A stretch of 64,000 nt of DNA, taken from assembly GCA_963732385.1 (NCBI GenBank), contig CAVSZB010000004.1, positions 168,989 through 232,988 on the forward strand. The letters run 5' to 3'. Source of the stretch: an uncultured bacterium. GTDB taxonomy: Bacteria > Krumholzibacteriota > Krumholzibacteriia > LZORAL124-64-63. This document shows, piece by piece, positions 43,014 to 54,436 of this stretch. Numbering within the stretch: the first letter of the stretch is position 1; each line of letters begins with the position of its first letter. Under the pieces are notes generated by a model that was not told the origin of the DNA, ran no database searches, and saw only the letters and a list, made by a program, of their open reading frames with translations. Both the position numbers and the translations under genes were made by a program.

Positions 43014-44135
43014 ATGATCATCGGGATTCCGCGCGAAATCGCGGCGGATGAGAACCGGGTCGGCCTGCCGCCGAGCGCCGTGCTGAGCCTCGTCCGCCAG
43101 GGGCATCAGGTCTTCGTGGAGCGGGGCGCCGGGGCCGGCAGCGGCTTCGCAGATGAGGCCTTCGCCGCGGTGGGTGCGCAGATCGTGCACGGCGCCGACG
43201 AGGTCTACCGCCGCGCCGCGCTGCTGGTGAAGGTGATCGCGCCCGACCCCTCCGAATACGAGCTCCTCCAGCCGGAGCAGACCCTGGTCGCTCTGTTGCA
43301 CCTGGCGGCTCAGCCGCCGCGTCTGCTCGAAACGCTGCGTCAGGGGGGCGCCACCGCCATCGATCTCGCCACCATCGAAGACGCGGACGGGGGTTTGCCG
43401 GTGCTGCGGCCCATGTCGCAGATCGCCGGCCGCATCGTGGCGCAACTGGCGGGACGCTACCTGCAGAGCGACCACGGTGGCCGGGGCATTCTGCTCGGCG
43501 GTCTGCCGGCCGTGCCGCCCGCCGAAGTGGTCATCCTCGGTGGTGGCGTGGTGGGGCGCAACGCCGCGCGCGCGTTTGTTGGCTGCGGCGCGCGCGTGAC
43601 GGTGCTCGACACGGATTACGAGTGCCTGCGGGAGCTGGACTGGCGGTTCGACGGGCGGCTCACCACGTTCGTAGCCACCGAGTCGACGCTGCCGAAAGTG
43701 CTGAAGTACGCCGACGTGGTGATCGGCGCGGTGCTGATCCCCGGCGCCCGCACGCCTCATCTGGTCACCCGGCAGGCGCTGGGGCTGCTCAAGGACCGCG
43801 CCGTCGTCTTCGACATCGCCATCGACCAGGGAGGCTGTTTCGAAAGCAGTCGCCCGACCCGGCTCAGCGATCCCACCTACGTGATTGACGGCATCACCCA
43901 CTTCTGCGCGCCGAACCTGCCGAGCCTGGTGGCCCGCACTGCCACGCACGCTTTGGGCAATCTTGCCCTGCCGTACCTCGCCGCCCTCGCGGCCGAACCG
44001 GCGGGCGAGGCGCTGCGCCGCGACGCCGGGCTGCGGCGGGGCGTGAACGTCTTCCGGGGCCGGGTCGTCCACGAGCGGGTCGCTGCGGCCCACCGCTGTC
44101 CCCACGAGCCCCTGGAGGGGCTCCTGTCCCGCTGA
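43014..44135 (+). CDS. ald: alanine dehydrogenase family protein
   Basis: [40 protein letters not shown]. Confidence 0.85.
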   Translation: MIIGIPREIAADENRVGLPPSAVLSLVRQGHQVFVERGAGAGSGFADEAFAAVGAQIVHGADEVYRRAALLVKVIAPDPSEYELLQPEQTLVALLHLAAQPPRLLETLRQGGATAIDLATIEDADGGLPVLRPMSQIAGRIVAQLAGRYLQSDHGGRGILLGGLPAVPPAEVVILGGGVVGRNAARAFVGCGARVTVLDTDYECLRELDWRFDGRLTTFVATESTLPKVLKYADVVIGAVLIPGARTPHLVTRQALGLLKDRAVVFDIAIDQGGCFESSRPTRLSDPTYVIDGITHFCAPNLPSLVARTATHALGNLALPYLAALAAEPAGEALRRDAGLRRGVNVFRGRVVHERVAAAHRCPHEPLEGLLSR

Positions 44136-44145
44136 GGAGCAACGC

Positions 44146-45483
44146 ATGGGCTGGCTGGACGACTATCGCGCCAGGCGCACGACGGCGGCGGAAGCGGTCC
44201 GCGCCGTGGGCTCGGGCGAGCGGGTCTACCTCGGCTCCGGCTGCGCGGTGCCCCACGCGCTGGTGGAGGCGCTGACGGCGCGCGCTGCCGACCTGGCCGG
44301 CGTGGAGATCCTGCAGGTGCTGACCATCGGCCCGGCGCCGTACACGGCGCGCGAACTGGCGGATCACTTCCGCTGCAACGCCCTGTTCATCGGACCGAAC
44401 GTGCGCGAGGCGGTCAACGAGGGCCGTGCCGATTATGTGCCGGTGCATCTGCATCAGGCGCCGGAACTGCTGCGCGACGGCAGCCTGCCGCTCGACCACG
44501 CCTTCGTGGTGGTGTCGCCGCCGGACGAACACGGGTTCTGCAGCTTCGGCATCGAGGTCGCGGTGACGAAGCCGGCCGCCCTGGCGGCGCGGCGGATCGT
44601 GGCCGAGGTGAACCGCCACATGCCGCGCACCCTGGGCGACAGCTTCATCCATGTCTCCAAGATCGATGCCTTCGTGGAGGTCGATCGCGCGCTCGACACC
44701 TGGCGGCCGGCGGAACCGAATCCCACCGAGAAACAGATCGGTGAATACGTGGCGGGGCTGGTCGAGGATGGCGCCTGCCTGCAGGTCGGCATCGGCGGTA
44801 TCCCCGGCGCGGTGCTCGAATATCTGGACGAACGGCGCGATCTTGGCGTGCATACCGAGATGTTCAGCGACGGGCTGCAGCGACTGATCGAGCGCGGCGT
44901 GGTCACCGGCGAGCGCAAGAACTTCCATCCTGGCAAGGTGGTGGCCGGATTTCTCCTCGGCAGCCGCGAGCTGTACGATTTCGCGCACGATAACGCCCAG
45001 ATCGAATTCCACCCCTCCGACTATGTCAACAACCCCTTCAACATCGCCCGCAACGACCGCATGATCGCGGTCAACGGCGCGCTGCAGGTCGATCTCACCG
45101 GACAGGTGTGCGCCGATTCGCTCGGCACTTCCTTCTATTCGGGATTCGGCGGTCAGGTTGACTTCATGCGCGGGGCCGCCATGTCACGGGGGGGGCAGGC
45201 GGTCACGGCCCTGCCGGCCACGGCGAAAGAAGGGACTCTTTCGCGGATCATCCCGGTGCTCGACTCCGGCGCGGGAGTGGTGGTGACGAGGGCCGACGTC
45301 AATGTCGTCGTCACGGAGTTCGGCGTGGCGCGGCTGCGCGGCCGGAATGTCCGCCAGCGTGCCGCTGCCCTCATCGAGGTGGCCGACCCCCGGTTCCGTG
45401 ACGATCTCACGCGAGCCGCCCGGGAGCGGGGGCTGTTCGGGCGGCCCGTGCCCGGCTTCGGTCCAGGGCCGTCGGACGCCTGA
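44146..45483 (+). CDS. acetyl-CoA hydrolase/CoA-transferase (4-hydroxybutyrate CoA-transferase-like)
   Basis: SPPDEHGFCSFG, LQVGIGGIP, GVHTEMFSDG, GFGGQVDF, VVTEFG. Confidence 0.93.
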   Translation: MGWLDDYRARRTTAAEAVRAVGSGERVYLGSGCAVPHALVEALTARAADLAGVEILQVLTIGPAPYTARELADHFRCNALFIGPNVREAVNEGRADYVPVHLHQAPELLRDGSLPLDHAFVVVSPPDEHGFCSFGIEVAVTKPAALAARRIVAEVNRHMPRTLGDSFIHVSKIDAFVEVDRALDTWRPAEPNPTEKQIGEYVAGLVEDGACLQVGIGGIPGAVLEYLDERRDLGVHTEMFSDGLQRLIERGVVTGERKNFHPGKVVAGFLLGSRELYDFAHDNAQIEFHPSDYVNNPFNIARNDRMIAVNGALQVDLTGQVCADSLGTSFYSGFGGQVDFMRGAAMSRGGQAVTALPATAKEGTLSRIIPVLDSGAGVVVTRADVNVVVTEFGVARLRGRNVRQRAAALIEVADPRFRDDLTRAARERGLFGRPVPGFGPGPSDA

Positions 45484-45517
45484 AACCGGGGCGACCGCGC
45501 CAGGTAGTCCACCCCGG

Positions 45518-45549
45518 TTGACATTTCGTCATCTTGTCGACAAAATGTC
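45518..45549 (+). promoter_or_regulatory. sigma70-type promoter overlapped by G(A/T)CA-N3-(T/C)GTC boxes
   Basis: TTGACA (45518-45523), 17 nt, CAAAAT (45541-45546); boxes GACATTTCGTC, GTCATCTTGTC, GACAAAATGTC. Confidence 0.55.
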
Positions 45550-45600
45550 CAACGGCGCCGGTGCCGGCTTCGTGGCGGCACCGTTTCGTCGGAGGACCGC

Positions 45601-46992
45601 ATGAGCATACCCGAGAATTTTCCCCCTCCCCGCGCGGACGCACCGGTCACCGCGGCCGACCCGGCCACCATCCTGGTTGTGGACGACGAGCCGGAGCTCT
45701 GCCTCGCGTTGTCGAAACTGCTCCGCCGTAACGGCTACCAGGTTCTCACCGCGATCAACGGGGAGGAGGGTCTGGAGACGCTGCGGCGCCACGAGGTGCA
45801 CGTCGTGCTCACCGATCTGATCATGCCGCGCCTCGGCGGGCTCGACCTGCTCAAGGCCGCCCAGGTGGTCTCGCCCGCCAGCGAAGTGATCATCATCACC
45901 GGCCACGGCACCATCGAAACGGCCGTGGGGGCGATGAAGCAGGGGGCCTACGACTTTATCGAGAAGCCGTTCACCACCGCGACCACCCTGAACGTGGTGC
46001 GCAAGGCGCTCGAGAAGCAGCAGCTGATGGCGGAGAACCTCGAACTGCGCCGGCAGCTCGAAGAGATCCGGGGGCAGCACGACATCATCGGCACCAGCGA
46101 AGTGATGCGGGCGACGGTGGAGACCGCGCAGCAGGTGGCCGGCAGTTCGGCCACGGTGCTGCTGACCGGCGAGAGCGGCACCGGCAAGGAGATTTTCGCC
46201 AACGCCATCCACCGCTGGAGCGATCGCGCCAAGTGGCCGCTGGTGAAGGTGTCGTGTGCGGCGCTGCCGGAAACCCTGCTCGAGGCGGAACTGTTCGGCT
46301 ACGAGAAGGGGTCGTTCACCGGCGCCGTGACGCGGCGCAAGGGGCGTTTCGAGGCGGCCCACCGGGGCACTCTGTTCCTGGACGAGGTGGGGGAGATGGC
46401 GCTCTCCATCCAGGTCAAGCTGCTGCGGGTCCTGCAGGAGGGAACCTTCGAGCGGCTCGGCGGCAACGAGCCGATCGACGCCGACGTGCGGATCATCGCC
46501 GCCACGAACGCCGATCTCGACAAGATGGTCGAGGGGGGCACCTTCCGCGAGGACCTCTACTACCGGCTGAACGTGATCAAGCTCGAACTGCCGGCTCTGC
46601 GTGGACGGTCCGAAGATGTGATCCTGCTCGCCAACTACTTCCTGAAGATCTACAACGAGAAAAACCACAAGGATCTGGCGGGATTCACCCGACCGACCGT
46701 GGACGTCCTGACCCGCTATTCCTGGCCCGGCAACGTGCGGGAACTGGAGAACTGCATCGAGCGGGCGGTGGTTTTGAGCAAGGGGCCCTTCGTCGATGTC
46801 GACGCCCTCTCCCCCTCGGTAGTGGCGGGCCGGAAGTGGTATGAATCGGTGTCGCTGCCGATCGGCACGACGCTCAGGGATGCCGAACTGAAGCTGATCC
46901 GGGCTACCCTCGCCAGTTGCGGCGGCGACAGGGAGACCGCGGCCAACATTCTCGGCATCGCCAGCCGCACTATCTATCGCAAGGTCAAATAG
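45601..46992 (+). CDS. sigma54-dependent response regulator (NtrC/AtoC family)
   Basis: REC domain (VVDDE, TDLIMP, KP), GESGTGKE, ELFGYEKGSFTGA, LFLDE, WPGNVREL, Fis-type HTH. Confidence 0.96.
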   Translation: MSIPENFPPPRADAPVTAADPATILVVDDEPELCLALSKLLRRNGYQVLTAINGEEGLETLRRHEVHVVLTDLIMPRLGGLDLLKAAQVVSPASEVIIITGHGTIETAVGAMKQGAYDFIEKPFTTATTLNVVRKALEKQQLMAENLELRRQLEEIRGQHDIIGTSEVMRATVETAQQVAGSSATVLLTGESGTGKEIFANAIHRWSDRAKWPLVKVSCAALPETLLEAELFGYEKGSFTGAVTRRKGRFEAAHRGTLFLDEVGEMALSIQVKLLRVLQEGTFERLGGNEPIDADVRIIAATNADLDKMVEGGTFREDLYYRLNVIKLELPALRGRSEDVILLANYFLKIYNEKNHKDLAGFTRPTVDVLTRYSWPGNVRELENCIERAVVLSKGPFVDVDALSPSVVAGRKWYESVSLPIGTTLRDAELKLIRATLASCGGDRETAANILGIASRTIYRKVK

Positions 46993-47014
46993 GGGACGGT
47001 CCGAGCGACTTGGC

Positions 47015-47043
47015 TTGACCCCTTCGCGCGGCGCTGCTATATT
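47015..47043 (+). promoter_or_regulatory. sigma70 promoter of tRNA-Leu/tig
   Basis: TTGACC, 17 nt, TATATT with extended -10 TG. Confidence 0.7.
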
Positions 47044-47127
47044 GGGTGCCCGGTCGGCGGAATCCGTCCGCCCTTTGTTTTCAAGGACTTAGGCGGGCCA
47101 TCCGCCCATGGCGATGCCCCTTGAGGC

Positions 47128-47212
47128 GCGAGAGTGGCGGAACTGGTAGACGCGCGGGATTTAGGATCCCGTGGTGCAAACCGTGGGGGTTCGAGTCCCC
47201 CCTCTCGCACCA
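47128..47212 (+). tRNA. tRNA-Leu (anticodon TAG)
   Basis: Acceptor GCGAGAG/CTCTCGC, discriminator A, CCA; anticodon arm CGGGA-TTTAGGA-TCCCG; long variable arm; GGTTCGAGTCC T-arm. Confidence 0.96.
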
Positions 47213-47266
47213 ATCCTGCCGTCGGCTCCTGCGGCCGTGACGATCCACCCCAGCGAGGACGTTCCC

Positions 47267-48607
47267 ATGACCGATTCCCCTGACCGCAACGCGACCCCGC
47301 TCGCTTTCAACTCGACCCTGGAAGCGCCGGAGCCGTGGCGCCGCGTGCTCCGGGTCGAGGTGGCCCGCGATTCCTTCGATCAGGAGTATGCGCGACGACT
47401 CCAATCGGCGCGCAAGCGCGCCGTGCGTCCCGGTTTCCGCCCCGGCCGCGTGCCGGTGGCGGTCATCGAGAAGGAACTCCGTGACGAGTTGCGGGTGCAG
47501 ACGGTCGAGACGGTGATCGAACAGGCCTACCGCGATGCGGTTGCGACCCACGAATTGGTGCCGGTGAACGATCCGAGCGTGACCAACCTTCGCTTCGAGG
47601 AGGCGGGACAGCCGGTCACGTTCGAAATCGTCTTCGAGGTGCGTCCTCCCGTCACGATCAGCGGCTACGATCAGTTGCCGCTGACCCGCCGCGCGGCCCG
47701 CGTGACCGATGCCGAAGTCGACGGCGTGGTGCTCCGTTTGCGCGAATCGCAGGCCATCCCGGAGCGGGTGGACCGGTCGGCGGAAACGGGCGATGAACTG
47801 CAGATCGACCTCGTGCCGCTCGGCGCCGACGGACAGCCGGAGGAGGCGCGCCGAGTCCCGGAATACGTCTTCTCGCTCGGCGAGCCGGATAACATCAAGG
47901 CGTTCGACGAAGGACTCGCCGGTGCCCGGTCGGGCGATACGCGCGAGGTCAGCGTGACCTACGCCGCGGACCATGGCAATGAACGCCTGCGCGGAACCAC
48001 GGTCGTCTACCGGATCGTGGTGAAGGAAGTGCGCCAGAAACTCCTGCCCGAACTGAACGATGCCTTCGCGGAGCGGGTCAAGCCGGGCGAGACGCTTCTG
48101 AGCCTGCGCGGCGCCATCCGCGCGGACCTGCGCCGCCAGGATGAGGAGACGACGCGCCGGGAGATGGAGGAGCAACTGGTGGATGCGCTGCTCGTCACCA
48201 ATGACATTCCGGTGCCCCCCTCGCTGGTCGGGCAGTACCTCGAGGCGGGGCTGAAGGACCTGCACTCCCAGAACGAACGGCATGGACGGCCCAATGGCCC
48301 CGAGGAGGACGCCCGCTACCGCGAGTTGACGCGGCCGCTCGCCGAGCGGATCATCCGGACCATCTTCCTGCTTGAAGCGGTGCGCCGGCAGGAGGGCCTC
48401 ACGGTCACGGAGGCGGAGGTCGACGCCCGGATCGAGGAGATCGCCCGCGAGTACGGGTTCGAACTGGAGAAATATCGTGCCTACGCCGATCAGGGCACGG
48501 AACGGGAGAGGATCAGCCGCACGCTCGAGGAGCGCAGGACGTTCGATTTCCTGATCTCTCGCGCCGTGGTTACCGAAGCACAGGCCGCTGAGGCGGGGGA
48601 GGCCTGA
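47267..48607 (+). CDS. tig: trigger factor
   Basis: PGFRPGRVP ribosome-binding motif, FKBP-like middle domain; upstream of clpP. Confidence 0.93.
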   Translation: MTDSPDRNATPLAFNSTLEAPEPWRRVLRVEVARDSFDQEYARRLQSARKRAVRPGFRPGRVPVAVIEKELRDELRVQTVETVIEQAYRDAVATHELVPVNDPSVTNLRFEEAGQPVTFEIVFEVRPPVTISGYDQLPLTRRAARVTDAEVDGVVLRLRESQAIPERVDRSAETGDELQIDLVPLGADGQPEEARRVPEYVFSLGEPDNIKAFDEGLAGARSGDTREVSVTYAADHGNERLRGTTVVYRIVVKEVRQKLLPELNDAFAERVKPGETLLSLRGAIRADLRRQDEETTRREMEEQLVDALLVTNDIPVPPSLVGQYLEAGLKDLHSQNERHGRPNGPEEDARYRELTRPLAERIIRTIFLLEAVRRQEGLTVTEAEVDARIEEIAREYGFELEKYRAYADQGTERERISRTLEERRTFDFLISRAVVTEAQAAEAGEA

Positions 48608-48737
48608 CCGGCAACGGGTACGCTTCCTGCCACGGCAGTGGCGGCGACAAAAGTGTGGAAACGAATCTTCCCCGATCCTTGTTGGCAATTGCAGCATCGA
48701 CAGGGATGTAGCCAGGATCCTGAGCGAAGGAGTCGAG

Positions 48738-49346
48738 ATGCTGATTCCGTATGTGGTTGATCAGACCAGCCATGGCGAGCGGGCCTACGACATTTTTTCC
48801 CGGTTGCTGAAGGACCGCATCGTTTTTCTGGGCGTGCCGATCGACGACACGGTCGCTAACATCGTCATCGCCCAGATGCTGTTCCTGCAGTCCGAGGATC
48901 CGGAGCGCGACATCTACCTTTACCTGAACTCGCCCGGTGGCAGTATTTCCGCAGGCCTTGCTATCTATGATACTATGCAATACCTTAGTAACGATGTGGT
49001 GACGATCTGCATGGGACAGGCGGCGAGCATGGCCGCTGTCCTGCTGGCGGCCGGCTCGGCCGGCAAGCGTTCGGCCCTGCCTCACTCGCGGGTGATGATC
49101 CACCAGCCGCTTGGCGGCAGCCAGGGCCAGGCCAGCATGATCGAGATCTACGCCAAGGAGATTCTCTATCTTCGGGACCGCCTGTACGATATTGTCGCCA
49201 AGCATACCGGTCAGTCGTTCGAGAAGATCGCCAGGGACAGCGACCGGGACTTTTTCATGTCGGCCGAGGGTGCCCGGGAATACGGCATCGTCGACCGTGT
49301 GATCGAGCGTCGTTCCGAAGTGATCAAGGAAAAGGGCCGGGACTGA
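48738..49346 (+). CDS. clpP: ATP-dependent Clp protease proteolytic subunit
   Basis: [35 protein letters not shown]. Confidence 0.98.
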   Translation: MLIPYVVDQTSHGERAYDIFSRLLKDRIVFLGVPIDDTVANIVIAQMLFLQSEDPERDIYLYLNSPGGSISAGLAIYDTMQYLSNDVVTICMGQAASMAAVLLAAGSAGKRSALPHSRVMIHQPLGGSQGQASMIEIYAKEILYLRDRLYDIVAKHTGQSFEKIARDSDRDFFMSAEGAREYGIVDRVIERRSEVIKEKGRD

Positions 49347-49415
49347 GCCGGGCCGGCGTAGCCGGTGCCGGCTGTCGCAACGGCGACCCGGCGGCCCAGA
49401 CCTGTGGGAGGGGAG

Positions 49416-50675
<1,260 letters not shown>

Positions 50676-50761
50676 TCGCAAGCGGCCGCGGGCCGCGGTT
50701 GCGGGCCGCGCGGCGGTCCGCGGCCGTTGTGCGCCCGGCGGCCTAATGATGAAGGAATAGC

Positions 50762-53137
50762 ATGGGTGACAACGAATTCACTATCCAGCGCGACGGGGAG
50801 CCGGTGCTCCTGCCGACGCAATTGCCGCTGCTGCCGCTGCGGGACGTGGTCATGTTTCCCTACATGGTGACCCCGCTCCTGGTGGGACGCCCCCGCTCGA
50901 TCGCGGCCCTGGAGGCGGCGGTCGAGCGCGACAAGCACATCGTGGTGACGGCGCAGAAGGAGTCGGAAGAGGAGGAGCCGGGGCCGGAGGATCTGTACGA
51001 GGTCGGCACGATCATCAAGATCCTGCAGATCATCCGCACTCCAGACGAAACGCTCAAGATCCTCGTGGAGGGGGTCGCGCGGGTCCACATCGAGCAGTTC
51101 CTGCCCAACGAGGATTACCAGGAGGTCCTCGTCTCCCCGCTCGCCGAGATCGTGGAGGAGGGCCCCGAGCTGGAGGCCCTCAGCCGCTCGATCAAGGATC
51201 GGTTCAAGGAATATGTCCGCCTGAACAAGCGTCTGCCGGACGAGATTCTCCTGTCGGTGCTGAACCTCGAGGAGATCGACCGCATGGTCGATTCGATCAG
51301 CGCCTACATCCTCGGCAAGGTGCCGCTGAAGCAGCAGCTGCTGGAGGAGACGAGCCTGGCGCAGCGCATGCGGCGCATCAACCAGGTGCTCGCCGACGAG
51401 CTGGAAATCCTGGAGATCGAACAGCGCATCGACACCGAGGTGCAGAGCCAGGTCCAGAAGAACCAGCGGGAGTTCTATCTCAACGAGCAGTTGCGCGCGA
51501 TCCGCAAGGAGCTCGGCTATACCTCGGACGAGGACAGCGAGGTCGATGAGTACCAACAGCGCCTGGCCGAGGCCGATCTCACGCCCGAGGCGGTCGAGGT
51601 GGCCAAGCGCGAGGTGGGCCGCCTCGCCCGGATGCCCGGGATGTCGCCCGAGGCGACCGTCGTGCGCAACTATCTCGACACCCTGCTCGGCCTGCCGTGG
51701 AACAAGCGCTCGCGCGACCGTCTCGACACGCGCCGCGTCCGGGCGAAGCTCGATGCCGACCACTACGGACTGGAAAAGGTGAAGGACCGCATCGTCGAGT
51801 TTCTCGCCGTCTACAAGCTGACGAAGAAGATGCAGGGCTCGATCCTCTGTCTCGTCGGTCCGCCCGGCGTGGGCAAGACGAGTCTCGGACGGTCGATCGC
51901 GGACTCGATGGGACGACGTTTCGTGCGCATCTCCCTGGGTGGCGTGCGGGACGAGGCGGAGATCCGGGGACACCGGCGCACGTACATCGGCAGCAAGCCG
52001 GGCCGGGTGATCGAATCGCTGCGCAAGGCCGGCACCAAGAACCCGGTGTTTCTGCTGGACGAGATCGACAAGCTGGGCGCGGACTACCGCGGCGATCCGT
52101 CGGCTGCCCTGCTGGAGGTCCTCGACCCCGAGCAGAATTCGCATTTCAGCGACCACTATCTCGAAGTGGACTTCGATCTGAGCGAGGTCATGTTCATCAC
52201 GACCGCGAACTCACTGCATTCCATCCCGATCGCGCTCGAGGACCGGATGGAGATCATCAGGCTTCCGGGGTACCTGGAGCACGAGAAGCTGCGGATCGCC
52301 GAGAAGTACCTGGTGCCGCGGCAGCTCAAGCGCAACGGCGTGCCGGGCTGGCGGCGCGCGCTGCCCCCGCGGACCCTCGAGGCCATCGCCGACGGTTGGA
52401 CGCGCGAGGCGGGGGTGCGCAATCTGGAGCGGGAGATCGCCGCGATCTGCCGCAAGGCGGCCAAGCACCGCGCCGCGACGGGGCACCTGCCGCCTGCGGT
52501 CACGCCGCGCGGCCTCCCGCGCTATCTCGGAGCGCGCCGGTTCCACCGGCAGGTTGTGGATCGGGAGCCGGAGATCGGTACCGTGACCGGACTGGCCTGG
52601 ACCACGGCGGGCGGCGAGATCCTGCCGATCGAGGTGCTGTCGATGGCGGGCGCCGGCAAGCTGATGATCACCGGCAATCTCAAGGAGGTCATGAAGGAAT
52701 CGGCCGAGACCGCGCTCAGTTTCGCGCGGTCGCACTGCCGCAACGTGCCCCGCGAGTATATGAAGGAGCACGACATCCATCTGCACGTTCCGGAGGGGGC
52801 GATCCCCAAGGACGGCCCGAGCGCCGGCATCGCCATCGCCACCGCGTTCGTCTCGCTCCTGGAACAGCGCCCGGTGCGGCGCGACGTCGCCATGACGGGC
52901 GAGGTCACGCTGCGTGGCAAGGTGCTGCCGATCGGCGGCCTGCCGGAGAAGGCGGTCGCAGCGATCCGCGTCGGCGCGCGGGTGCTGATCATCCCCAAGG
53001 AGAACGAGGGAGAGTACCTCGAACTGCCGCAGCTCGTGCGCAAACAGCTCGATGTGCATCTGGCCGAGACCATGGATGAGGTGCTCGCCATCGCCCTGCT
53101 GCCGGATAGGGAGACGGCGTGCTTGCCCGTTTCGTAA
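50762..53137 (+). CDS. lon: Lon protease
   Basis: LPLLPLRD, GPPGVGKT, RGHRRTYIG, PKDGPSAG, IGGLPEK. Confidence 0.98.
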   Translation: MGDNEFTIQRDGEPVLLPTQLPLLPLRDVVMFPYMVTPLLVGRPRSIAALEAAVERDKHIVVTAQKESEEEEPGPEDLYEVGTIIKILQIIRTPDETLKILVEGVARVHIEQFLPNEDYQEVLVSPLAEIVEEGPELEALSRSIKDRFKEYVRLNKRLPDEILLSVLNLEEIDRMVDSISAYILGKVPLKQQLLEETSLAQRMRRINQVLADELEILEIEQRIDTEVQSQVQKNQREFYLNEQLRAIRKELGYTSDEDSEVDEYQQRLAEADLTPEAVEVAKREVGRLARMPGMSPEATVVRNYLDTLLGLPWNKRSRDRLDTRRVRAKLDADHYGLEKVKDRIVEFLAVYKLTKKMQGSILCLVGPPGVGKTSLGRSIADSMGRRFVRISLGGVRDEAEIRGHRRTYIGSKPGRVIESLRKAGTKNPVFLLDEIDKLGADYRGDPSAALLEVLDPEQNSHFSDHYLEVDFDLSEVMFITTANSLHSIPIALEDRMEIIRLPGYLEHEKLRIAEKYLVPRQLKRNGVPGWRRALPPRTLEAIADGWTREAGVRNLEREIAAICRKAAKHRAATGHLPPAVTPRGLPRYLGARRFHRQVVDREPEIGTVTGLAWTTAGGEILPIEVLSMAGAGKLMITGNLKEVMKESAETALSFARSHCRNVPREYMKEHDIHLHVPEGAIPKDGPSAGIAIATAFVSLLEQRPVRRDVAMTGEVTLRGKVLPIGGLPEKAVAAIRVGARVLIIPKENEGEYLELPQLVRKQLDVHLAETMDEVLAIALLPDRETACLPVS

Positions 53138-53712
53138 CCAGCGCCGCCTCGCTTGCCGGCCGACCGCAGCCGCCGTTGCCGGAGTTCGCCTTCGTCGGCC
53201 GCAGCAACTGCGGCAAGTCGTCGTTGATCAACCATTTCCTGGGGCGATCGAAGCTGGCGCTGACCAGTCGCCAGCCGGGCAAGACCCGGCTGCTGAACTA
53301 TTTCCTGATCGACGAGCGCTACTACATCGTCGACCTGCCTGGCTACGGCTACGCTCGCGTCAGTCAGGCGCAGCGCGCCGAATGGACGACGCTCGTGAGG
53401 GCGTACCTGGCCGCGGGGGACCGTTCGCTGGCGCTCTTCCACCTGCTCGATGCCCGTCACGACCCGAGTGCCGAGGATGCTGAGATGTCGCTCTGGCTGC
53501 GCGAGGCGGGGGTGCCGTTCGCGATCGCCGTCACCAAGGTGGACAAGGTCGGCAGCACGAAGCTGGCGACCCACCTGCGGCGAATCATCGCGGCGCTCGA
53601 GCTGCCGCCGGGAACCCCCTTCATCCCGACCTCCGCCACCCGTGGCCAGGGGCGGGGCGAAATGGCGGCCTGGATCGAGGCGCGGTTGGCGATCGCCGCG
53701 ACCGCTGGTTGA
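53119..53712 (+). CDS. engB: ribosome biogenesis GTPase EngB/YihA
   Basis: GRSNCGKSSLIN, PGKT, DLPGYG, TKVDK. Confidence 0.95.
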   Translation: MLARFVTSAASLAGRPQPPLPEFAFVGRSNCGKSSLINHFLGRSKLALTSRQPGKTRLLNYFLIDERYYIVDLPGYGYARVSQAQRAEWTTLVRAYLAAGDRSLALFHLLDARHDPSAEDAEMSLWLREAGVPFAIAVTKVDKVGSTKLATHLRRIIAALELPPGTPFIPTSATRGQGRGEMAAWIEARLAIAATAG

Positions 53713-53783
53713 CGGGGAGGGAAAGTGGACTATTCTATGCCGGTACCTGCGACGCCGGGCTCGGTCCACAAGTTGAATTTCCC

Positions 53784-53812
53784 TTGCAGCGCCCTTGTCG
53801 CTATGTCATAAT
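53784..53812 (+). promoter_or_regulatory. sigma70-type promoter of the temptin-like gene
   Basis: TTGCAG, 17 nt, CATAAT with extended -10 TG. Confidence 0.55.
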
Positions 53813-53895
53813 TGTTGAGGTTGGATCGTCCGGGGTGCGGGGCCCGACGGGGAGGATCGCGGGGACGATTGGCTAACTCTCGCGAAGACAGGAAC

Positions 53896-54321
53896 ATGGA
53901 ACGTCTGCTGGCGCGCAGCCTCACAACGATCGCCGTGGTCATCGCCGTCGTGGCGCTGGTGGCGGCGGTCAATGCGAATCCCACCCACATGGCGCAATTG
54001 CCGGCGTCCGCTACGCTGGGTTGCGCAAATTGTCACGTAGGCGGGACTGCCACGGAGGCGCCCAGCGTCGAGTTGAATTCGTTCGGCCTGGCCTTCAAGA
54101 ACAACGGCAAAGTCTGGAATCAAACTCTGGCGAACGGCAACGCCGACCAGGACGGATGCACGAACGGTGTCGAACTGGGCGATTCCGACGGCAACGGTGA
54201 GCCGGACGGGAACCAGACCCGGCAGACCAGCAATCCGGGCAGTAGCGGTGACTGCCATCCGAGTTCGATTGATGAACAGACCTGGGGCGCCCTGAAGAGC
54301 CTCTTCAACAGTAACAAGTAA
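53896..54321 (+). CDS. exported temptin-like protein with one CxxCH and a C-terminal WGxLKS motif
   Basis: Signal peptide; CANCH; LNSFGLAFKNNGKVW..DQDGCTNGVELGD..SNPG; ends EQTWGALKSLFNSNK. Confidence 0.8.
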   Translation: MERLLARSLTTIAVVIAVVALVAAVNANPTHMAQLPASATLGCANCHVGGTATEAPSVELNSFGLAFKNNGKVWNQTLANGNADQDGCTNGVELGDSDGNGEPDGNQTRQTSNPGSSGDCHPSSIDEQTWGALKSLFNSNK

Positions 54322-54350
54322 GCCTCACCGGTACCGGCGGCCTCAACGGC

Positions 54351-54377
54351 AGTCTCTGGTGCAGAGGCTTTTTTTTT
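54351..54377 (+). terminator. intrinsic terminator
   Basis: AGTCTCTG-gtg-CAGAGGCT followed by a T run. Confidence 0.85.
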
Positions 54378-54436
54378 GCGGGTGACGGCGGTGAGCCGGG
54401 AGCGGCGCGGCAGCCGCGAATCAGGGGGAGCGACGC

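Noticed and set aside
48610..48737. CIRCE or CtsR heat-shock operator before clpP
   Set aside because: No match to TTAGCACTC-N9-GAGTGCTAA or to CtsR heptad repeats.
50683..50727. GC-rich inverted repeat between clpX and lon
   Set aside because: Single copy with no T-tract; at most an mRNA stability hairpin.
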